From Eutreptiella sp. 'Long Island Sound 2002' (taxonomy: Eukaryota; Protista; Euglenida): a stretch of 64,000 nucleotides of DNA. Shown in pieces: positions 1 to 9,847 of the stretch; within the stretch, counting starts at the first letter, position 1, and the number at the start of each line of letters is the position of its first letter. Both the position numbers and the translations under genes were made by a program. The notes under the pieces were generated by a model. The model searched no databases, was not told the origin of the DNA, and was given only the letters and a program-made list of their open reading frames with translations. The stretch lies in contig OZ038378.1 in the NCBI GenBank assembly GCA_964036045.1, positions 183,024,001 through 183,088,000 of the forward strand, written 5' to 3'.

Positions 1-1740
1 TAAAACCGGTCATGCTTTGGGCCCCACCATGTTGCCAATGCCCCAGGGGAGTAGGGCCCGATGGTGCCCTGTGCAAGTGGTCCCCCCTTCCCCCTGCGCA
101 CGCATACAAACAGGACAGCAGTGTCTGCCGCTCACCAACGCTCCGGTGTGGTCTGGAGGTTGTGGATAGTCCGCTCAGCCTTGGAAACGGACAGTCAGGT
201 TGTTCAGCCTCATCGTTGGGCAAGGAAGGAAGCCTAGGCGCAAGACCTTGCTCCTGCATGAGGCACCCCCACCACCACCCCGCCAAAGCAAGCCACACTC
301 CCGGATTACGGATTAGAGGAGGGTCTCTGGGGCTATAGTGACCAGGTGTGGAGCACCACACCACAAGGCTCTGGGGCTCTCTTTTGGGTAGGGGTATGCT
401 AACGGCGTTGAGGGTAAGTGCCTTGGTTTAAAACGCTACCCCTTTGCCCCTGTGCAATTTCTTCGTTCTTGAGTGCCCATAGAGTGTTGCCCCAAGTGGA
501 GTCACCCAATGGGAGTAGCCTAGGGGAGTAGCTGGGGTTTCCCAAGGACAAGCTTTCTGGATTTAAAAGGGGTGTGTACTTTAGCCGACTGCCTCTCTCT
601 CCCCCACCCACCCCACCTAGTGTACATTAGTAGATTCCTCCCTCTATTCCCCTCCTCTCCTCTCCATCCTTCCCTCTCCTTGCTTCCAGAAGATTGGCGT
701 TAGGGAGACTCGAGAACTCTTTTTTGGATGCATCTCCTTGCAACTCACGCCCCTGCAGAGGGAAGCGAGGAACAAGAAAACATTGAGGGACAAGAAAACA
801 TCCAACAAGAGGGAATCACAGGGGAGCTGCAGATGCAAGAGGACAAACCCCCCACCCCAACCTCCTCCCTAGCAAACAGTGACCCCCCTCCGACTCCCAA
901 TAGGTAAAGGGAGAGCAAGAACACTATCAATCAACATAGGAGACTGGGTGCTTTTACCCTTGTGGGATGTGGAGGTATGCACCCCGGTACAACTCCTCAA
1001 GTGGCACCCCTCAGATTTCCCTTGCCCAAAGGGTGTTTAGGCCACCCCGATGGCAGTTGCATTTACCAAGGGGGCCATGTGCCCTGAACACAAATACCAG
1101 CCCATCCCACTTGCTGACCTTAGGACTCCTCCCCCTCCCAACCACTTGGTCCTCTTTGGGCCCCAAGAACCCCAACACGAGTTTGCCCCTCAGTTGTCGG
1201 AGATTGTAAGAATCGTTTTCCGGGTATACCACCATGGATGAACAAGTGGCATGCGCCCCAGCCAAGCCTCTGTCGTGGCAAAGGGGTCACTCTGAAAAAG
1301 CACTTCGGAGGGCAATATAAGCAGTGATTAGTTTGAATTCTTTTCCTCTTGTTAGTTTGGGTTGATGCAGGCAACAAGATTCCTGAAGGTTAGCTGTAGG
1401 GTGCGACCAAAAAAGGTCCGCAAGGTTCGATTGAGGTTGCTGAAAGAAAAATTCCTGAAGGTTAGATACCCGGGGGGGCGGCCGGGCACAGTCCTTGTAT
1501 GCGACCCCCCCCAGCCCCCCCCCCCCCCCCCCCCCGGGTTTTGAAAGATAGTGGTGCCAGGTCGGCCACCAACAAGTGTCTCTAGAGAAAATTGTCCGGC
1601 GCCGAAGGCGCCAATTTTTTTTTTTCATACTATGTGTTTATACTCAAAATACTCAAAATTTTGTAGAGAAATCATATTTGTGTTAAAACAACAAGGAAGG
1701 AGGGCTACAGGAGGGCTGCAGGCCCTAACAGCAACCACAA

Positions 1741-1770
1741 CCCTAGCCCTAACCCTAGCCCTAACCCTAA
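1741..1770 (+). repeat. Interstitial telomere-type array (CCCTAA/CCCTAG)x5
   Basis: ccctag ccctaa ccctag ccctaa ccctaa read directly; left border of the first 1.15-kb unit. Confidence 0.85.
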
Positions 1771-2921
1771 TCAAGACTGAATATTGGGACCGAGCTGGTG
1801 GGGGAGGGAACATTAGATATGAATGGTGAGGGACACCAATGAGTTACACATTGAAGGCCGTTGACAGGGTGGAATCAGCTTGCAAGTGATCCCCTTCACC
1901 ACAAGGCCCACTTTCAAGGCTTTTGTGGACTTGTGAGGGGCCAAAATGCCCCAAAATGGGCTCAAAATAGGCTCATTTCACCCGTTTGTGCACCCCAAAT
2001 GGTCTAGGATGAGTTTTGGAAAAATGCGTTTTTGACCCATTTTTGACCCATTTTTGGTCCCAAAACAGCGCATCTTCAAGGCATTTGGGGATTTTCGGAG
2101 GACCAAAATGGGCCACCCCAAGCTCAAAACAGTCCAAAAACACTTGTTTTAGCATCACACATGGTCTAGGTTCATTTTTGAGAAAAGTCATTTTTCTGGC
2201 CCTATTGGACCCTATTGACCCATTTGGGCACCCACCTGTTTGGGCTTGAGCTTGCAGCTTGCCGCAGCCTACTGGGCTTGGGTACGGGGGTCTAGGCGTC
2301 CATTTGGGCAATTTTGAGGGGTGGAAACCACAAAACGAGGGGGGTTGCAGGTGGATTAGGTGCCCTCGGAATCGCGTTTTGAGCCATGTAGCCAAAGATA
2401 TGGCCTATTCTTGGTTTGTGGCTGTCGCCAGCCAATCTGCACAAAATTTGGGGCTTGTGGGGGCCTTTTTGGGCCGTTTCCGGGACATATGGTGGAGTCA
2501 GAGGGCCGCAAATGGCTCGTTGACACAAGAAAGTCAAGCCGCACATGGAGTGCACCCACCCTTTCCCTTTCCTTGGCCGTTTTGAATGGGTTCTAGGGCT
2601 CTTTTGGCCCAAAAATGGCTGTTTTTGGCCCTAAATTGCAGTTTTTGAAACTGAGGTCCGCCACTTGCGACACCCATTCCCGGCCGCCACCGTTGAGTTT
2701 CTGGCTCAAACTTTGTGTGGTTGTCCCTCACACCCATAGGTATCATCCACCAAAATTTCAGCCGAATGTGAAGCACCACGACGGATGTCTGATTTTTCCC
2801 CATTTCGCGTGTGCTGCTTGCTGCTTGTTGCTGCTTGCTGCTTGCTGCTAAACCTGGTAGGTCCACCCTAGACCCTAAAAAGGGTTATAAAACCAAGACT
2901 GGTTCCACCAGCTCGGTGACT
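1771..2921. repeat. 1.15-kb repeat unit, copy 1, bracketed by telomeric arrays
   Basis: Collinear with 2956-4110 (same start tcaagactgaatattgggaccgagctggtgg, same end aagactggttccaccagctcggtga); near-duplicate ORFs at 1973-2395 and 3161-3583. Confidence 0.9.
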
Positions 2922-2955
2922 CTAACCCTAACCCTAGGGCTAACCCTAACCCTAA
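2922..2955 (+). repeat. Interstitial telomere-type array (CCCTAA)n, degenerate
   Basis: ctaa ccctaa ccctag ggctaa ccctaa ccctaa at the junction of the two units. Confidence 0.85.
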
Positions 2956-4110
2956 TCAAGACTGAATATTGGGACCGAGCTGGTGGGGGAGGGAACATTA
3001 GCTATGACTGGTGAAGGACATCAAGAATGATTCACACATTGATGGCTCTTCACAAAGTGAAATCAGCTTGCAAGTCAACCCCATCACCACGAGGCCCACT
3101 TTCAAGGCTTTTGTGGACTTCTGAGGGGCCAAAATGCCCCAAAATGGGCTCAAAATGGGCTCATTTCACCCGTTTGTGCACCCCAAATGGTCTAGGATGA
3201 TTTTTGGAAAAACGCGTTTTTGACCCATTCTTGACCCATTTCTGGTCCCAAAACACCCTTTTTTCAAGGCATTTTGGGATTTTCGGTGGACCAAAATGGG
3301 CCACCACAAGCTCAAAACAGTCCAAAAACACTTGTTTTAGCGTCGCACATGGTCTAGGATCATTTTTGAGAAAAGTCATCTTTTTGCCCCTATTGGACCT
3401 TGTTGACCCATTTGGGCACCCACCTGTTTGGGCTTGAGCTTGCAGCTTGCTGCAGCCGAGTGGGCCTAGGTATTGGGGTCTAGGTGTCCGTTTGGGCAAT
3501 TCTGAGGGGTGGAAACCACAAAAAGTGGGGGGTTGCGGGTGGAGTAGGTGCCCTCGGAATCGCATTTTGAGCCATGTAGCCAAAGATATGGCCTATTCTT
3601 GGTCTGTGGTTGTCGGCATTTGAAGCTTCTGGGGGCCTTTTTGGGCCGTTTCCGGGACATGTCATGGAGTTAGAGGGCGGCAAAGAGCTCATTGACACAG
3701 GGAAGTCAAGCCGCACGTGCAGAGTAGCCACCGTTTCCCTTCGTTTGGCCGTTTTGAATGTGTTCTAGGGCTTTTTAAGCCCAAAAATGGCTGTTTTTGG
3801 CCCTAAAGTGCAGTTTTTGAAAGCGAGGTCCGCCACTTGCAAATCCCGTTCCCGGCCGCCACCGTTGAGTTTCTTGCTCAAACTTTGTGTGATTGTACTT
3901 CACACCCATAGGTATCATCCACCAAAATTTCACCCGAATCTGAACCCCCACGACGGAGTTCTGATTTTTCCCCATTTCGCGCGTGCTGTTGCTTGCTTGC
4001 TGCTTGCTGCTGCTTGCTGCTGCTTGCTGCTGCTGCTGCCAAACCTGGTAGGTCCACCCTAGACACTAAAAAGGGTTATAAAACCAAGACTGGTTCCACC
4101 AGCTCGGTGA
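2956..4110. repeat. 1.15-kb repeat unit, copy 2
   Basis: Diverged tandem copy of 1771-2921 (period 1185 nt), with a CTG/CTTG microsatellite near its right end. Confidence 0.9.
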
Positions 4111-4130
4111 CCTTAACCCTAACCCTAACC
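4111..4130 (+). repeat. Short telomere-type array
   Basis: ccttaa ccctaa ccctaa cc closing the second unit. Confidence 0.75.
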
Positions 4131-4159
4131 ACCACCCCCCTCACCCCTGGCTGGACACC

Positions 4160-4295
4160 CCCATGACCCCCGGCCAGACCCCCCCCCGACCCCCGGCAGG
4201 AACCCCCCCCCCCGACCCCCGGCAGGAACACCCCCCCCCCGACCCCCAGGAGGAACCCCCCCCCCGACCCCCGGCTGGACCCCCCCCCCGAGTTT
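4160..4295 (+). repeat. C-rich ~26-bp minisatellite (ccccccgacccccggcaggaa)
   Basis: 4-5 tandem copies visible; part of a dispersed poly-C repeat family with related sequence near 1480-1560 and 39870-40340. Confidence 0.7.
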
Positions 4296-5473
4296 TGAAA
4301 GATAGTTGGGGGGTGGGTCGCATCAGGACCGGTTGTAGTTGCCCCCCCGTGGTTAGATATAGGGGGCTGAAGAAAGAATTCTGGAGGGTCCCATTGAGGG
4401 TGTTGAATGAAAAATTCCTAAGAGTTATATTATCATCACATTCCTACAAATGATACTAATAGTGCGTCATAGTAGCAGTATGAAAGAGAACAGGAAACAT
4501 GAATACGAAGGAGGGACAGGTCATGCTACCACACTCTAATTCTAATTCTATGGGTCCTCAATGGGACGTATTGTCATCTGTGCTCCCTACGGACAATAAT
4601 TTCCCCTGTGAAGGTGATAAAGTCCCCGTCCATCGCCTCCGTGAGATCAAGAATGGGCAAGCTCAGGGTGGCAGTGTCACTAGCCTTTTTGCACCGTTTC
4701 TTAGCCTGCTCCTCATGTGCCAAAATAAGAAACGGATGGCTCAATGACATCAAAGGCTCATTGACCTCCAACAGAAGGGCAGCTTTCAGCCAATACAAAT
4801 TTTCAATTGAATTTTTTTTCTGTGCATCCCAGGCAGTCTGTTTTTCAATACACTTGTTTTCCGCACAGTTTGCCTCACAAGTGACAGTTTGCATTTGTTT
4901 CCATTGTTTTTGGGCGAGTATTTGGAACAGCATGTTCTTTCAGATGTTGTGAGCTAATGCTCCTTTCAGTGGCAATTTGATTTACAAAATTTTTCTGACG
5001 CTGAACGGAGCATAGGCTTGCACGTTGGGGTATGCATGAGGCAGCTGGAGCTTTCAGATTTCCAAGGTAGCGAAATCCCCCCAAAAAAATTCCCCCTGTG
5101 CAATAATCCCTGCACAACCCCCCCCCCCCCCCTGTTGCATTCAATGCTCTGGGTACCCCAGGGGGGGGGGGGGGGTAACTCAAACCTGAGTTGAGCCTCA
5201 AAGTCTACCATACATTTGGGTGTGCCGCCTGGTTGTGACTATCCCTGCATGGATTGAACTGCGAACCAGGGTTCAGCAACGCAGATGATGGGCTTCATTG
5301 CTATGCCGCTTTTAGTGATAGAGTCGGTATCCATTGGCGGCGACTGATACTGCTAGTTAGGGGGTAGGTCGGAGCGGGACTGGTTCCAACCGCCCCTCGT
5401 TGATAACCCCCAATGCTCCCCACCCCTCGCCGACCGTCTACAATCTTTTCCACCCCTCTTCCACTGTCTGCAG

Positions 5474-6077
5474 GCAGGTTCTGCTGTACCCCGTTGGAGG
5501 AGAGTACCAAGAAGCCACCAATGAGGCGTTCATGAAGGGCGTCACCGACCAGATGTCTGCGCTCATCGCTGCAGTGAATGGCAAATCCTACTCATCGCTA
5601 TCGGCGTCCGAGTTTTACGTGGCGTCGGGGGACGCGGTCGACTGGTTCTGGCGCGACTGGGACGGGCGCATGGCCCTGACGGTGGAGCTGCGCCCGGACT
5701 CCGGGTCCGCGAACGGGTTCGTGATCAACGCCGACCAGATCGACGACACCACCAAAGAGAACGTCCCCGCGGCCATGTACTTCGCCGAGTATCTGGCCAA
5801 GCACAAGGACGTGGACTTCCTCAGCCACTCGTTCCAGGGCGACGTCACCGCGGACGCCGACGGGGACGGGGTCGCGGACTGGTTCCCCACGTGCTACGAC
5901 TCGTCGGCCCCCCGGTGCCTGACCCCAGTGACCACGGCCTGTTCTTCGTCGTCGTCCAGCGACTCTTCGGGGTCTTCGGGATCTTCGGAGTCCAGCGCCT
6001 CTTGGGCCCCGGCGGTCACGCACGTGCTCGTTCTGCAGGCGCTGGTGGCCTGCGTGGCCCCGGTCCTGTGGTGGTGA
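5474..6077 (+). CDS. Terminal exon of an M14 zinc carboxypeptidase with a probable GPI-anchor signal; upstream exons not located
   Basis: Acceptor tgtctgcAG at 5472-5473. Translation QVLLYPVG...FYVASGDAVDW...ALTVELRP...GFVINADQI matches the M14A C-terminal motifs (Tyr248- and Glu270-equivalent positions). Followed by DADGDG, a Ser-rich spacer and a hydrophobic tail ending VLWW-stop. GC3-rich codon use. Confidence 0.85.
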
Positions 6078-6212
6078 GCCCAAGGCAGTGGCGCGAGGAT
6101 GTCTGTGCGGGACCCCCGTTGGGAAGGTACGGCCTCAGGCCTGAGGCGGCGAGAAACCACGTTGTTTCGCCGACGGCAGGGGAGAAGTCGAAGGACGGTG
6201 GTCGGCCGGATT

Positions 6213-6488
6213 CAGGGCTGTCCTTAAGAACCTCAATTTTTCTTTTTTTTGTTCAGGACAGCCCTTAAGAACAGCCCCCAAGGACCACCAATCGCCAACC
6301 ACCAGCCGCCAGCAACCGTTGGCCGCCAACCGCTGCCAACCGCCAAACATGTTCAATACGGCTTCTGTGGTTTTGTGTCTTGCCCATGTATTGACCATGA
6401 CGCAGAGGGCGTCCCCGTGAACGTTCGTTTCTGTGGGCGTTACGAACCCGCTTTTCTTTTTTTTTTGACTTCCTCAAGGACAGCCCTG
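6213..6488. mobile_element. hAT-type MITE (CAGGGCTGTCCTT family) with 8-bp TSD
   Basis: TIRs CAGGGCTGTCCTTAA / TCAAGGACAGCCCTG (14/15); exact TSD GCCGGATT at 6205-6212 and 6489-6496. Confidence 0.9.
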
Positions 6489-7842
6489 GCCGGATTCGTT
6501 GATGTGGCGGCGGCGTCCTGGTAGTCTATTGGGATTCCACAGCCCAAGGATTTGGGGGGGGGGGGGAGGATGCATTTGCACACGTCCACCGGAGCAGTGG
6601 CCCTGACCCTAACCCCACCCCTAACCCTCCGGCATCCGGAGAGGTGCGTGGACCAAAGAGGGCCCCCGCCTCCCCTTTAGCAGGAGCCTCTTGCCATGTT
6701 CTGCGCCGCCATGGCCACGCGCAAGCGGTTGACTGCATGGCGCCCCGCGGACATCCTGCGGGCGGGGCAGTGCAGTCCGGTGGGTCTGATCGCCGCCCTC
6801 TAGACCCACGGCCTCGGACCCAAAGGCAGCCCGGCGCTGGTCGGCTCTGCTCATGCATCCACCGGCCTGGAGGGTTGGGGGAGTCGCAGGCACAGCACAA
6901 GGGATCGGGGGTGCGCATTGCACCCCTGGCCCCAGCCACGGCTGTCCAAAGAGAGATGTCGGTGGCGCCTGAGCCTCAAGCAAGTCACCCCCTGCTCCAC
7001 CAATGCCCTAATGTGGGGTGTTGTGGGCGACATGGATCATGTATGTTGTAGCATCGGGGGGGGGGGGTTTAGCGGCGGTGTGTGGCACACATCCACCCTT
7101 TTGGGCGTTCTAAGAGGGCTTTGGGCTTTGGGCTTGTCTTCCCGGTCCGAAGAGGGCCTTAGGGGCCCACGGATTGCCTCTCATTGGGGAAGTTAGGCTC
7201 AGGCGCACCGCACTCACTCTCGAACCATGCGGTGCAAGAGCGGGGTATACACCTCCTAGTGCGGACGTGCTTGTGCTGGCATGGGGCATGGGGCATGGTG
7301 CACGGCACATGCTAGGTACAGTACCGTTACAGGTACCGTTGCAGGGGTAGGGGGGAGGGGCAGTGCCAAAGGGGGCAGGGGGAGGGAGGACCACCTGTGC
7401 GGGGCACCGTCGGGGCTCCCGCTCCCCTGCTTCCATGCAGCGATGCATCCGTACCCTGTAGCAGTGGGCGGGTAGGGGGGAGTCACGGAGATTCGGTACC
7501 AGTAATACAATACACCCTATGGCACAAGCAAGGGCAACACAATGCATACGAGAGTGCTATTATGCAGGTAGGTAGCACCAGCGGGCAAATGCCGTAAATT
7601 GTACCCATGGTAATACAGTTATCTAATTGAGGATTACTGTGTTGAGGGAGGGGAGGTGAGGAGTGCAGCCGTGGGAACGCCCTCTGGCGCTGCACGGACA
7701 GAGAGTACTGGCAATAATACAATATACCCTATTGCACTGGTAGGTAGGTCGGTAATACTAGCAGGCAAAATACAGTTACGTGTAGTACAGCTACCTATAC
7801 CGTATTTCCTGTGTTCTGTGTTGGGGGTACAAGGGGAAGGAA

Positions 7843-7910
7843 GGGAATCGAACCCGTGACCGCCACTCAGCAGTTCATGGGGTTGACCGCTCGGCCACTC
7901 GGCCGGCGGC
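7843..7910 (-). ncRNA. tRNA-derived Pol III cassette, copy 1 (not a functional tRNA)
   Basis: Minus strand GCCGCCGGCCGAG-TGGCCGAGCGG(box A)...GGTTCGATTCC(box B). D and acceptor stems do not pair. T4 at 7767-7770. Confidence 0.6.
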
Positions 7911-8366
7911 ATAATGGGGCGGGTTGTGAGGGGGAGGGGGGGAGAGCAGCCGTGGGATCGCCCACAGGCGCCGCTGGAGAGGGGGGAAGGTGGAGCGCAG
8001 CTGTGGGATCGCCCACAGGTGCTCCCGGGGGAGGGTGGAGGGTAGGTGGGCAGCCGTGGGACAGCCCACTGCTGCAGTCGAGGCAGGGAGGGGCGAGAGG
8101 GGCAGGGGGGAGGGAGGTCCACCTGTGTGGGGCACCGTCGGAGCTCCCGCTCCTCGGGTTCTGTGAATGGAGGTACCTGCAGATGTGCTGTGGGGGGCGG
8201 TAGGCGAGGGGTCACGGAGATACTGTACTGGCAGTAATACAATATACCCTATTGCACTGGTAGGTAGGTAGGTAGGTAATACTAGCAGGCAAAATACAGT
8301 TACGTGTAGTACAGCTACCTATACCGTATGTCCTGTGTTGTGTGTTGGGGGTACAAGGGGAAGGAA

Positions 8367-8434
8367 GGGAATCGAACCCGTGACCGCCACTCAGCAGTTC
8401 ATGGGGTTGACCGCTCGGCCACTCGGCCGGCGGC
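8367..8434 (-). ncRNA. tRNA-derived Pol III cassette, copy 2
   Basis: Identical box A and box B to copy 1. Confidence 0.6.
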
Positions 8435-8902
8435 ATAATGGGGCGGGTTGTGAGGGGGAGGGGGGGAGAGCAGCCGTGGGATCGCCCACAGGCGCCGCTG
8501 GAGAGGGGGGAAGGTGGAGCGCAGCTGTGGGATCGCCCACAGGTGCTCCCGGGGGGGGATGGAGGGTAGGTGGGCAGCCGTGGGACAGCCCACTGCTGCA
8601 GTCGAGGCAGGGAGGGGCGAGAGGGACAGGGGCCGGGGCAGGGGGGAGGGAGGTCCACCTGTGTGGGGCACCGTCGGAGCTCCCGCTCCTCGGGTTCTGT
8701 GAATGGAGGTACCTGCAGATGTACTGTGGGGTGCGGTAGGCGAGGGGTCACGGAGATACAGCATTGGCAATAATACAATGTACCCTATTGCACTGGTAGG
8801 TAGGTAGGTAGGTAATACTAGCAGGCAAAATACAGTTACGTGTAGTACAGCTACCTATACTGTATGTCCTGTGTTGTGTGTTGGGGTAACAAGGGGAAGG
8901 AA

Positions 8903-8970
8903 GGGAATCGAACCCGTGACCGCCACTCAGCAGTTCATGGGGTTGACCGCTCGGCCACTCGGCCGGCGGT
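8903..8970 (-). ncRNA. tRNA-derived Pol III cassette, copy 3
   Basis: Identical box A and box B to copy 1. Confidence 0.6.
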
Positions 8971-9779
8971 ACAATGGGGCGGGTTGTGAGGGGGAGGGGG
9001 GGAGAGCAGCCGTGGGATCGCCCACAGGCGCCGCTGGAGAGGGGGGAAGGTGGAGCGCAGCTGTGGGATCGCCCACAGGCGCTCCCGGGGGGGGATGGAG
9101 GGTAGGTGGGCAGCCGTGGGACAGCCCACTGCTGCAGTCGAGGCAGGGAGGGGCGAGAGGGACAGGGGCCGGGGCAGGGGGGAGGGAGGTCCACCTGTGT
9201 GGGGCACCGCCGGAGCTCCCGCTCCTCAGGTTCTGTGAGAGGAGGTACCTGCAGATGTGCTGTGGGGTGCGGTAGGCGAGGGGTCACGGAGATACAGCAT
9301 TGGCAATAATACAATGTACCCTATTGCACTGGTAGGTAGGTAGGTAATACTAGCAGTGGGCGGGAGGGGGGGGGGGCACGGAGATCCGGTAGCGTAACAG
9401 GAGGGTGTGGTGTGTTCGCCCACTGGCGCTTCAGGGGGAGGGTGGAGGGTAGGTGGGCAGCCGTGGGACAGTCCACTGCTGCAGTCGAGGCAGGGAGGGG
9501 CGAGAGGGGCAGGGGCCGGGGAGGGGGGAGGGAGGTCCACCTGTGCGGGGCACCGTCGGGGCTCCCGCTCCTCAGGTTCTGTGAGAGGAAGCACCTGCAG
9601 ATGCGTTGTGGGGGCGGTAGGGGAGGGGTCACGGAGATACAGTACTGGCAGTAATACAATATACCCTATTGCACTGGTAGGTAGGTAGGTAATACAAGCA
9701 GGCAAAATACAGTTACGTGTAGTACAGCTACCTACACTGTATTTCCTGTGTTCTGTGTTGGGGGCACAAGGAGAAGGAA

Positions 9780-9847
9780 GGGAATCGAACCCGCGACTGC
9801 CAATCAGCAGTTCATGGGGTTGACCGCTCGGCCACTCGGCCGGCGGT
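9780..9847 (-). ncRNA. tRNA-derived Pol III cassette, copy 4
   Basis: Boxes A and B intact; substitutions lie between the boxes. Confidence 0.6.

Noticed and set aside
4420-4453. ILSSHSYK as the missing zinc-ligand exon of the carboxypeptidase
   Set aside because: It lies in repeat-family sequence, is followed by an in-frame stop, and has no suitable donor.
5240-5312. tRNA-like stretch (minus strand ...GGTTCGCAGTTCAATCC)
   Set aside because: Boxes A and B are both poor and there is no cloverleaf.
6132-6147. 16-bp perfect palindrome GCCTCAGGCCTGAGGC
   Set aside because: Single occurrence with no supporting context.
7634-9705. Repeated 130-200-aa Pro/Gly-rich ORFs
   Set aside because: These are by-products of the GC-rich tandem unit and open on both strands.
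7843-9847. Functional tRNA genes
   Set aside because: Acceptor and D stems cannot pair and there is no clear anticodon arm; kept only as tRNA-derived cassettes.
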